From: Polyangiales bacterium
Lineage (GTDB): Bacteria; Myxococcota_A; Polyangia; Polyangiales; Ga0077539
DNA length: 25,458 nt
Direction: 5' to 3'
Assembly: GCA_044229975.1 (NCBI GenBank)
Contig: JBGARZ010000034.1
Coordinates: 1 to 25,458 of the forward strand
Part shown: piece after piece, positions 1 through 7,746 of the stretch
Position numbering within the stretch: the stretch's first letter is position 1
How the letters are laid out: every line of letters starts with the position of its first letter
Position numbers and translations under genes: made by a program
Notes under the pieces: model-generated
Seen by the model: the letters and a program-made list of their open reading frames with translations, nothing else
Database searches by the model: none
What the model was told of the DNA's origin: nothing

Positions 1-138
1 GGCGACCTGCCGTCAGCATGCCCGGAGCGTCTTCGCCTTCCTGTGCGACGCCATCTCCGCGAAGCTGCGCGGCGTGGTGGCGCCGTCGCTCATCCCGCCC
101 GAACTCTTGTCCAATGGAGTTGGGGCCTGAACGCTTAC
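1..138 (+). mobile_element. 3' end of an IS66-family element (second copy of the element at 16785-18338), continuing beyond the window start
   Basis: 1-138 is the exact reverse complement of 16785-16922. It contains the transposase C-terminus (stop TGA 128-130) and the terminal IR CCTGAACGCTTAC ending at 138. Confidence 0.95.
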
Positions 139-489
139 GCTCGAACCTCCTTCGAATCTAACATTCGTTGTAAAATCCACGCCCGTGAAGTTTGCCCCGG
201 TAAACGCTGATTGCACGAATGTCGTGTTTGTAAGGTTCACGCGTGATAAATTCGCACGGCTGAGGTCCGCTGAATCGAACACGGCACCAGAGAGGTCCGC
301 GCCCGTGAAGTCTGCACGCATGAGGCGTGCGAGTTCAAAGCGGGCTCCCGAAAGGTCCCGTCCGCGGAGGTTCGCACGGGGATGCACGTCGCCGGGCGGC
401 GGCTGTTCTGCCGAAGCGTGGGCGGTCACCAGCGTCAGCGCCCCCGCGAGAAGCGTCTGGATGGGTGATGTCAATCCTGTTCTCTGCAT
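139..489 (-). pseudogene. Secreted pentapeptide-repeat protein, 3'-truncated by IS66 insertion
   Basis: Signal peptide (LLAGALTLVTAHASA/E), then A(D/N)LxG-type repeats (ANLRG RDLSG ARFEL ARLMR ADFTG ADLSG...). After FEGGSS the frame runs into the IS end at 138; the ORF-track tail VSVQAPTP... is antisense IS sequence. Confidence 0.85.
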
Positions 490-575
490 GGAGTCCCGTT
501 ACCTTCTGGACTGTTGTGGTCAGTGCGATCTTCGGTCGCACGCGTTGATCTGATCCCGAGGCGTATCGCAAGCAT

Positions 576-1223
576 CTATTCTCCGATGGCTCCGTTGAAG
601 ATACAGAAGGATCCCATGCCACCCATGTGCGGAATCACGGGCCGACCCCTCATGGTGATCTGCGTCCCTACGTGGGAGCTCAGCGCGGCGTATAGGTGTG
701 AGGTCTCGGCAATGCCAACCACTCGTACCTCTCGCTTCGTGCGCCTCGTCCCAAAGTCGGCGTCGATCACGCCTCGTACGCAGATGGGTGGAGTGAACTG
801 CAAATAGAACATCCGTTGCGGTCGTCCGGGATCGTGGCTTGAGTGCGACTCGCGCTGAAGTACCCCGGTCAAACTGACGAATCCCGACGCCGGACTGATG
901 CACAGCGTGCCCCCGTCTGGGGTGATCGGCGCGAGCTGCACGACGCCCTGTGGGGGCACGCCCCCGTCACCAGCGCTCGTCCCCGAATCAAGGGGCGCGG
1001 CCTGCTGTTGCTGCGGCTCCACGGGAGGTACCGGGACAACCTCCATTCCGAGGGCCACGTCTGCGGCGCGCGACGGTGCTCGGGTCGCTACAGGTGCCTC
1101 GACCGACCCACCTGATGGCGTTGCGTCCCGGCCGCACCCCATCCCGGCCACCGCCAGCACCAGTGCGACCCCGCCCAGCAACATCCTCGGATCCTTCGGG
1201 GATTTCGTCAGCGTCCGGTCCAT
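576..1223 (-). CDS. Putative lipoprotein with C-terminal DUF4431-like domain
   Basis: Hydrophobic leader ending in a lipobox-like AGMG/C, a Pro/Ala/Gln-rich linker, then VSLTGVL...FYLQFTPPICV...VGTQITMRG resembling DUF4431 (by-eye match). Start could be 1229, 1223 or 1184. Confidence 0.7.
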   Translation of the reverse strand: MDRTLTKSPKDPRMLLGGVALVLAVAGMGCGRDATPSGGSVEAPVATRAPSRAADVALGMEVVPVPPVEPQQQQAAPLDSGTSAGDGGVPPQGVVQLAPITPDGGTLCISPASGFVSLTGVLQRESHSSHDPGRPQRMFYLQFTPPICVRGVIDADFGTRRTKREVRVVGIAETSHLYAALSSHVGTQITMRGRPVIPHMGGMGSFCIFNGAIGE

Positions 1224-1306
1224 GTCCACCCCGCGTACGGCACCCAGAGAGCGGTAGACGTACGGCTGGAGACGCTATGCCCCCAGCCTGGGCGGGTCAA
1301 CGGAAG

Positions 1307-1322
1307 ACGGCCGATCGGCCGT
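1307..1322. promoter_or_regulatory. Perfect 16-bp palindrome between divergent lipoprotein and XRE genes; candidate XRE operator
   Basis: ACGGCCGA|TCGGCCGT, 35 bp upstream of the XRE start. Confidence 0.5.
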
Positions 1323-1356
1323 TTTTCGGCACCCCCGCGGACGGTAGGGCTCATGG

Positions 1357-1623
1357 GTGGACGACGACCTGCTGCACGCCACCCTCATGCGGGTCGCGGC
1401 AAATGTGCGGCGGCTCCGGCTGGAGCGGGAGTTGACCCAGGCCGAGCTCTCCGAGCGGGCCTCCGTTGACCTTCGGTACCTTCAGCGCATCGAGGCCGCG
1501 AAGGTCCACGCCGGGGTTGGGTACGTTGCCGCCCTGGCCACTGCCCTCGGCGTCGAACCCGGCGTGCTCTTCGCCCTCGCGGAGCCGGTGGTGCGTCCGC
1601 ACGGGCGGCCACCGAAGGGGTGA
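1357..1623 (+). CDS. XRE/Cro-C1 family HTH transcriptional regulator
   Basis: NVRRLRLERELTQAELSERASVDLRYLQRIEAAK...VAALATALGVEPGVLF is a classic HTH_3 pattern; 88 aa. Confidence 0.92.
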   Translation: MDDDLLHATLMRVAANVRRLRLERELTQAELSERASVDLRYLQRIEAAKVHAGVGYVAALATALGVEPGVLFALAEPVVRPHGRPPKG

Positions 1624-1696
1624 CCCAACCCGGCTGCGGGGCTGCGGTTCCGGTTGTTGAAGTGCGAAAGTGGAACCAGAGGGGTGGTCTTTCCGA

Positions 1697-1717
1697 TTGG
1701 GTGAACAGTTCACCCAA
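1697..1717. repeat. Perfect inverted repeat (10 bp arms, 1-nt spacer)
   Basis: TTGGGTGAAC-A-GTTCACCCAA. Confidence 0.8.
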
Positions 1718-1797
1718 ACCCCCGGTCGATGCCCGAGAGTCGCGCGGAATGCGGGAACGCAAACCCTCAGAATCCCGCGAAAACGCGACGCGAGTAC

Positions 1798-1821
1798 GGG
1801 TTCAAGTCCCCCTCCTCGCAC
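1798..1821 (+). other. 3' fragment of a tRNA gene (T-loop plus 3' acceptor strand, Leu-like); probable att site of an integrated element
   Basis: GGGTTCAAGTCCCCCTCCTCGCAC gives T-loop TTCAAGT, 3' T-stem CCCCC, acceptor strand TCCTCGC and discriminator A. There is no complementary GCGAGGA/G 5' acceptor strand upstream, and the T-stem pairs for only 3 bp. Confidence 0.7.
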
Positions 1822-1825
1822 TCTA

Positions 1826-1860
1826 GAAGGGCTCGAAATCGTGAAGGTTTCGGGCCCTTC
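1826..1860 (+). terminator. Stem-loop directly downstream of the tRNA fragment (terminator-like)
   Basis: GAAGGGCTCGAAATC-gtgaa-GGTTTCGGGCCCTTC: 15-bp stem with two G:U pairs; weak U-tract. Confidence 0.55.
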
Positions 1861-1909
1861 GTCATTTCTGTCACCGCTATCGTCACCTTTATTTCGCCGG
1901 AGCCTCGGG

Positions 1910-2299
1910 ATGGGTCACCTCGACCTCACGGAGCGGGACACGAACCGGAGCCAGCTCCGCGAGCAGATCGAGGCCCAGGCAGGCCGTGGCCACCCCGAGC
2001 TGGTGCCCCTGGCACTGGTCGACGACGCCCCGACGATCACGACCGACCCGACCTACCTCCCGCCCTCGCACTGGCACAGCACCTACTGGATCCGCGCCGG
2101 CCGCTGGGCTCGTCAGGGTGTGCACGTACCTGGGCTCGCCGAGACCCTGGCCGCGTTCACGAGCGCGACGACGGACCTGCGTGCGGTCCTCCTGTTGCGG
2201 TCGCCGCAAGGGCTCTGGGTCGGCATCCTGTGGTTCGACATGGACGGTACTCTCGTCGGCGCCATCGACTTCCGTATGCAGATGGCGACCGCCAGCTGA
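1910..2299 (+). CDS. Hypothetical protein (129 aa)
   Basis: ATG 1910 is in frame with ORF 1670..2299; strong GC3 codon bias; upstream part of the longer ORF overlaps the att site and hairpin. Confidence 0.6.
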   Translation: MGHLDLTERDTNRSQLREQIEAQAGRGHPELVPLALVDDAPTITTDPTYLPPSHWHSTYWIRAGRWARQGVHVPGLAETLAAFTSATTDLRAVLLLRSPQGLWVGILWFDMDGTLVGAIDFRMQMATAS

Positions 2300-2496
2300 C
2301 GGAGCGGGTCGACGGTCCTAGCCAACCCGGGGTTGCGCAAGACAACCTGACTCAACCTGCGCCGGAAGATGATCAACCGCTCCGAGGCCACGCATCGCCG
2401 GGACAAATTCGGCTGATTTTTCGGCGTTTCCCGCGTGGTCCCTGCTGTGCAGAGTCCTGGCGCAAGCCGCGGCCGGTGCCTCGGCAGGAGGAAACT

Positions 2497-3420
2497 ATGA
2501 ACGACAAAGGCATCACGTCCCGGGGCAACTTCGGATTCAACCGCCACACAATCCTGGCCGCGCTTGCCGTCATCGCCGTGGGTTGTGGAGAGGGCGTGTC
2601 GGTCGTCGGCGTCGCGCCCGACCCCGACCAGCCGGTGGACAGCGAGTTGGTCAACGTTGGGCAGGCGGTGCAGGCGCTCACCGTGCCGAGCGGCTTCACC
2701 GCGACCAACACCTGGACGGGCGTGACGGTCTACCGGAAGAACTACACCGGTGGCACGCCGGACTACGTCACCGTCGTCGACCTGCGCTCCGGGTCGGTGC
2801 GGAGCCTCACCGGCAGCGTGACCAACGCGCCCAGCGCCACCCTGGGCCGCAAGCTTCTCGGGCCCGGCAGTGGCACCTTCTGGTCCGACGCGGCCTCGCA
2901 GAACTCTGGCGCCCGCACCGCACGCGTGGTGATCAACGGGACCTTCTTCTCGACAGCAGCCAACCCCGCGCCCGTGGCCTTCGGGCTGCGCACGGGCGGC
3001 GTCACCCTGAGCCAGGGGTACGGGCTGAACGAGTTCCCAGGCCTCATCCGGGTGTTCACCTTCGACACCGCGCGCTCGTTGGCCTCCATTGCCCCGCACA
3101 GCACGAGCGTGTTCACGACGCAGCCCGACGTGATCGGCGCCCTGGATGTCACGGCCAACAAGTCGGCCACCTCGTGGGTCGCGCGCACCTTCGTCGGCGT
3201 CCGCGACGACGACCGCGACGGAACCGTCGAACGGGTGCTCTTCTACTCCAGCACCTACGCCACGCAGGCGTGGGCGAACAACATCCTCACGAACTTCGGC
3301 GCCTCGTCGGTCGCGATGCTCGACGGCGGCGCGAGCACCGGCCTCGTCATCGACGGCCGCGCAGCGATCACCCCCGGTCGGACGATCCCGCACGCCGTCG
3401 CGATCTACACTGGGCGTTGA
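2497..3420 (+). CDS. Lipoprotein, phosphodiester glycosidase (NAGPA/DUF2233) family
   Basis: RBS AGGAGGA before ATG 2497; lipobox-like IAVG/C; motifs VINGTFF, ARTFVG, AMLDGGASTGL. Confidence 0.85.
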   Translation: MNDKGITSRGNFGFNRHTILAALAVIAVGCGEGVSVVGVAPDPDQPVDSELVNVGQAVQALTVPSGFTATNTWTGVTVYRKNYTGGTPDYVTVVDLRSGSVRSLTGSVTNAPSATLGRKLLGPGSGTFWSDAASQNSGARTARVVINGTFFSTAANPAPVAFGLRTGGVTLSQGYGLNEFPGLIRVFTFDTARSLASIAPHSTSVFTTQPDVIGALDVTANKSATSWVARTFVGVRDDDRDGTVERVLFYSSTYATQAWANNILTNFGASSVAMLDGGASTGLVIDGRAAITPGRTIPHAVAIYTGR

Positions 3421-3461
3421 CCGACGCGGCGCGAGCCGCATAGCGTGCGTCACAAGCATCC

Positions 3462-4979
3462 ATGAGCCATCCAACCGCATTTGGGACACACCATCCCCCA
3501 GCCCACCGTGGCCGACGGGCGGCGTTCTTCTGCATGGCGTTTCTCGCCCTGCTGCTGCTCCCGGCGGCGGCACTCGCCCAGCAAACACTGGTCGTCTGGC
3601 ACACCGAGAGCGACCCCACGACGCTCGCCGCGCTGGCCGACATCGGCCGTCGGTTCACGGGGTCGCACCCCGGCGTCACGGTGGAGTTCACCGCTATCGG
3701 ATGGAACGACATCGAGCGGCGGGTGCTCACCGCCGTCGAGAGCGGCGTCACCCCTGACATCATGCAGGTCGAGCCGCACCAGGCCGCCTACCTCGTCTCG
3801 CGGCGTCACCTGCAGCCGCTCGACGACGTGCTGGCCGCCGTCGGCCGCGACGACTTCTACCCCGCGGTGCGCGACCTTCAGCGCTACGACGGCCACGTCT
3901 ACGGGGTGCCCACCGCCCTGGGCATCTCCTATGTCGCGGTGCGCGAGGACATGGTGCCCGCGGCCGGTCGCACTCCCGTCGACACCTGGGACGACGCGCT
4001 GCGGCTCTACGAATCCTGTCGCACGGCCCGCCCCGACGTGGCGCCGCTACTGTTGCCGGCGAACGACCTGCACCTGCTCATCCTGTTCTCCGAGTTGCTG
4101 GCGTCAAACCACGGGACCCTCTTCGACTCGCAGGGGCGCCCCGCCTTCGCCAACCCGCGCGTGGTCGAGACCCTTACCTTCCTCGCCCGACTGTACGCCC
4201 TCGTGCCCGAGCCCCTGCGCAACTCCAACTACCCCGAGAACTTCGTGCACTTCGCGCAGGGGCGCGCCTGCACGCTCCCTGGCTTCTTCGGCCGCGGAAC
4301 GCTCTCCATCATGCGGCAGGCCCCAGAGGGGCAGCGGTCGCCGCGCACCTTCGGATTCGTGCCCCACCCGCGCGGCCCGAGCGCGGTGCGCGACGGCACC
4401 CCGGCCTACGCGACGCTCGACGCCGAGCCTTGGGTGATCCCCACGCGGGCACGCTCGCCGCAGATCGCGCGCGAGTTCCTCCGCTTCTTCTATCGCCCCG
4501 AGGTGTACGTCACGTACGCCGCCTCGGTGCCGCTGCACCTCACGCCGGCGTTACAATCGGTGGCGACCTCGCCCGCCTACGAGGGGCTCGCGCAGGTCCA
4601 GCTCTGGCGCCCCTTCCACGATGAGCTCCTGCAGCGCCTACGCACCGACACCGCGTTGCCCATCTTCATGTCGCGCATCGAAGACCGCCGCCGCCCCGCG
4701 CTCTTCCGATTGGAAGGCAGCCACCTCGTCCCCGAGATGATCCGCGAGGTCTACCGGGGCGTCCCGCCCGCGGAGGCGGCGGCCCACGCCCAGGCCCGCG
4801 CGCAGCAACTCGTGCAAGGGCTGCCGCTGGACGTCGACACGGATGGCCCCCGGGCGTCCCGGACCGCCGCGCGAGCGGGAGGACGGTTGGGCGCGATGGT
4901 GTTGGTGGGTGCGCTCGTCGTTGCGCTCGTCGCCGGGTTCATCTGGAGAGCGCGCAAGCGCGATGACTCGCCGGCGTGA
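3462..4979 (+). CDS. Carbohydrate ABC transporter substrate-binding protein (SBP family 1) with C-terminal transmembrane helix
   Basis: Signal peptide (LLLPAAALA/Q); TLVVWH...HPGVTVE...GVTPDIMQ...YDGHVYGVP; C-terminal LGAMVLVGALVVALVAGFIW-RARKR. Confidence 0.9.
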   Translation: MSHPTAFGTHHPPAHRGRRAAFFCMAFLALLLLPAAALAQQTLVVWHTESDPTTLAALADIGRRFTGSHPGVTVEFTAIGWNDIERRVLTAVESGVTPDIMQVEPHQAAYLVSRRHLQPLDDVLAAVGRDDFYPAVRDLQRYDGHVYGVPTALGISYVAVREDMVPAAGRTPVDTWDDALRLYESCRTARPDVAPLLLPANDLHLLILFSELLASNHGTLFDSQGRPAFANPRVVETLTFLARLYALVPEPLRNSNYPENFVHFAQGRACTLPGFFGRGTLSIMRQAPEGQRSPRTFGFVPHPRGPSAVRDGTPAYATLDAEPWVIPTRARSPQIAREFLRFFYRPEVYVTYAASVPLHLTPALQSVATSPAYEGLAQVQLWRPFHDELLQRLRTDTALPIFMSRIEDRRRPALFRLEGSHLVPEMIREVYRGVPPAEAAAHAQARAQQLVQGLPLDVDTDGPRASRTAARAGGRLGAMVLVGALVVALVAGFIWRARKRDDSPA

Positions 4980-5796
4980 AGGCTTGCTGCCCGCGCTCCT
5001 CCTGGGCGCGGTCGCCGTGGCCTATCTGGGTCCGCTCCTCTACCTCGCCGTCACCAGCCTCTCGGGCGTCGACGGCGACGCAGGGCTGTCCCTCGATGCC
5101 TTCCGCCTGACCCTCGGTGACCCGTCTTTCCGCCGAGCGATCGCGCTGTCTGGTGTTGTGGCCGCGGTCACCGTGGGACTCCAGCTCGCCGCCGCGGTAC
5201 CCGCCGCCCTGCTCACCCGCTCCCCGTCGCTCGCCTCGCTCACGCTGCGATCCATCCTGGCCGCGACCTACTTCCTGCCGACCACCACCCTCTACGCGGT
5301 CTGGTCAAGCGCGACCGACCCCATCACCGGCCCTCTCGTCCGCCTCACCCGAGCCCTCGGAGTCGCCATCGACTTCCGCGGCGAGCGCCTCGCGCCCGTC
5401 GCCATCGTCGCCATCGGCTCCACGGAGGGCTTCGGTTTCGTGTACTTGGTCGTGCTCGTTCGGCTGCTCCAGATTCCACGATCCCACTGGGAGCTCGCGG
5501 CGGGTGTCACCAACTCGCGGTGGCGGACGTTTCGGCACCTCACCTGGGCCCATCTGCGGCCAGTGCTGACGGGACTCGCCGTACTGCGGGGCGCCATCAC
5601 CTTCGCGAAGTTCGACGCCCCGTGGCTGGCGTTCGCCCAGCACCGCCCGTCGCCATGGGCGGACACCACCGCGGTGTGGATATACCGCCACCAGTTCGAG
5701 CTCCCGCAGCCGGGCATGGCCGCCGCGGCGTCGGTGCTGATCACGCTGCTGCTCGCGTCGACGGTGCTGCTGGCTGCGCGGGGGGGGGCGTCGTGA
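4963..5796 (+). CDS. Carbohydrate ABC transporter permease (MalF/UgpA-like)
   Basis: Multiple TM segments; EAA-like loop LLQIPRSHWELAAGVTNSRWRTFRHLTWAHLRP; overlaps the SBP stop. Confidence 0.9.
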   Translation: MTRRREGLLPALLLGAVAVAYLGPLLYLAVTSLSGVDGDAGLSLDAFRLTLGDPSFRRAIALSGVVAAVTVGLQLAAAVPAALLTRSPSLASLTLRSILAATYFLPTTTLYAVWSSATDPITGPLVRLTRALGVAIDFRGERLAPVAIVAIGSTEGFGFVYLVVLVRLLQIPRSHWELAAGVTNSRWRTFRHLTWAHLRPVLTGLAVLRGAITFAKFDAPWLAFAQHRPSPWADTTAVWIYRHQFELPQPGMAAAASVLITLLLASTVLLAARGGAS

Positions 5797-6614
5797 CGAG
5801 CGCGGCGCGGGTGACCGTCGACCGCACGCTCCGCGTGGCGCTCCTGGCCGTGAGCCTCGCGGTACCGTTCTGGTTGTTGCAAAGCGCGCTACGCGCCGAG
5901 GCCGAACTGGTAGCCCGCCCCTTCACGCTGACCTTCCGGCCGACGAGCGCCAACCTCGCCGCGCTGCTGCGCCTCCCCCACCTCGGGCGTCTGCTCATCA
6001 ACAGCGTGACGATCGCCGCCGGCACCGCGCTGACGACGCTCGCCGTTTCGATCCCGCTGGCGGCCGGCCTCGCGCGCTGGCCGCGCCTGCTCTCACTGCG
6101 AGCGCGGCTCGCGCTGAGCCTCGCGTACACCATGTACCCAATAGGCTTGTTGATCCCCTGGTTCCGCGTGGCGGCCGCGGCGGGCCTGGTGGACACGCGC
6201 GCGGGGGTCGTTGCCGTCCACACGGCGATCGTCACGCCTTTGGTAGTGTTGCTTTTGGAGGGGGCCTTCCGGGGAGTGCCTGCGAGTTGGCGTGAGCTGG
6301 CCCTGATGTGGGGCCTGGGCCCCTGGGGAACGCTCCGCCACCTCATCCTGCCCGCGACCCGCGGCGTCGTGGCCGTTGCCGGGCTGATCGCCTTCGCCTT
6401 AAGCTGGCGGGAGTACCTGTTCGCGTTCCTGCTCTCGTACACCGATCACACCCGCACGCTGGTGTTGCAGCAGGTCACGCTCGCCGCCGCCGAGGCGCCG
6501 CCGCGCGGTCTCCTCGCCGTGTTCGCCCTCCTCGCGATGTTGCCCGCCGCGGCGTTGGCGACCACCATCCCCTGGCTCGCCCGCACCCTCTCGGCCACCG
6601 ATGGAACGCACTGA
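5793..6614 (+). CDS. Carbohydrate ABC transporter permease (MalG/UgpE-like)
   Basis: GTGA start/stop overlap at 5793-5796; LLINSVTIA, FRGVPASWRELALMWGLGPWGTLRHLILP, SWREYLFA. Confidence 0.9.
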   Translation: MTSAARVTVDRTLRVALLAVSLAVPFWLLQSALRAEAELVARPFTLTFRPTSANLAALLRLPHLGRLLINSVTIAAGTALTTLAVSIPLAAGLARWPRLLSLRARLALSLAYTMYPIGLLIPWFRVAAAAGLVDTRAGVVAVHTAIVTPLVVLLLEGAFRGVPASWRELALMWGLGPWGTLRHLILPATRGVVAVAGLIAFALSWREYLFAFLLSYTDHTRTLVLQQVTLAAAEAPPRGLLAVFALLAMLPAAALATTIPWLARTLSATDGTH

Positions 6615-7746
6615 CCCGATGTTGTCCGTCGACTCACTCTCGGTGAACGGACCGCGAGGCGAGGCTCTGGTGACCGACGCGTCCTTCTCCGTGGCGCCGG
6701 GCGAGATCATGGGTCTCGTTGGGCCGAACGGCAGCGCCAAGACGACGATCCTTCGTGCCATCGCGGGGCTCATCCCTGCGCGTCGCACGCGCTCGGCCTT
6801 CGAGCGCGTCTTGCAGTCGACGGGGGTCGAGGAGGCGCGCACCGCCCGAGGTCACATCACCCTCGACGGCGTCGCCATCGACGCGCTCCCGCCAAGCGAG
6901 CGTCACGTCGCCATCATCCGCCAGGACGCGGCGCTGCTCCCGTTCCGCACGGCGAGGGAGAACATCGCGCTGCCGCTACGGTTACTGGGCAATGGGCGCC
7001 GGGAGTCTCTCGAGCGGGCCACGGCGATGGCCGAGCGACTCGGCCTGAAACGCTGGCTCGATCTGCGCCCGCCTGCGCTCTCCGGCGGCGTCCAGCAGCG
7101 GGTCGCCATCGCGCGGGCTCTGGTCGGGCGGCCCAAGGCGCTGTGCTGCGACGAGCCCTTCGCCAGCCTGGACGTCGAGGCGCGCGAGGAGGCGTCCGCT
7201 CTGCTGCGGGAGGTCGTCGCCCAGGAGCGTGTCGCAGGGGTCCTGGTCACCCATCAGGTGGCCGAGGCGGCCCGGCTCTGCGCCCGGGTGGCTTTCCTCG
7301 ACGCGGGGAGGATTCATCAGGTGGCGACGCTGGCCGAGGCATGGGCGCGGCCGGCGACGCCCTTCGTGGCGCGCCTCACGGGACGGTCGGAAGTCATTGA
7401 GGGGGTGCTTGACGAGGGGCGGCGGTTTCGTCCGCTGGGGGCCGAAGGGTACTGGGTGCTACCGGCGGAGGTGGTGGACCCGGCGTGGCCCGTGGGGGCG
7501 CGGTTGTGGCTGGCGACGACGACCTTGGGGTTGCGGGCAGAGGAGGTGGCCGACGAAGCGCGAGAGGGGGAAGGCGTGCAAGGGGTCGAGGTGGGAAGGG
7601 GGTTTGACGCGGGGGCGGAGACGGTGCGGGTCAGGGTTGGCAAAGCGATACTTTCCGTTGTTTCAGGAACCCCAACAACATCCAGTACTATGGTTCTTCT
7701 GCGGATGTATCCTCTTTATTTCTTCGTTGCGCGCGCTACTTCTTAA
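6601..7746 (+). CDS. ABC transporter ATP-binding protein (MalK-like)
   Basis: Walker A variant GPNGSAKT, signature LSGGVQQRVAIARAL, Walker B LCCDEP, H-loop VTH, and a C-terminal regulatory-type extension. Confidence 0.92.
   Translation: MERTDPMLSVDSLSVNGPRGEALVTDASFSVAPGEIMGLVGPNGSAKTTILRAIAGLIPARRTRSAFERVLQSTGVEEARTARGHITLDGVAIDALPPSERHVAIIRQDAALLPFRTARENIALPLRLLGNGRRESLERATAMAERLGLKRWLDLRPPALSGGVQQRVAIARALVGRPKALCCDEPFASLDVEAREEASALLREVVAQERVAGVLVTHQVAEAARLCARVAFLDAGRIHQVATLAEAWARPATPFVARLTGRSEVIEGVLDEGRRFRPLGAEGYWVLPAEVVDPAWPVGARLWLATTTLGLRAEEVADEAREGEGVQGVEVGRGFDAGAETVRVRVGKAILSVVSGTPTTSSTMVLLRMYPLYFFVARATS

Noticed and set aside
170..380. Short DNA repeats (e.g. CGCCCGTGAAGT twice) as a CRISPR or other repeat array
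   Set aside because: Explained by pentapeptide-repeat coding. I saw no regularly spaced repeat-spacer array or cas gene anywhere in the window.
1735..1824. Complete tRNA gene
   Set aside because: There is a vague D-arm-like GCGGAAT and a CTCAGAA loop, but no 5' acceptor strand complementary to TCCTCGC, and the T-stem and anticodon stem do not pair properly.
1729..2496. N-terminal 256 aa of the 563-aa ORF
   Set aside because: Low-complexity Arg/Pro-rich translation overlapping another gene; a strong RBS and signal peptide place the start at 2497.
2113..3588. 491-aa minus-strand ORF, and likewise 10900..12054, 21328..22668 and 22846..24093
   Set aside because: Antisense or alternative-frame shadows of motif-supported genes.
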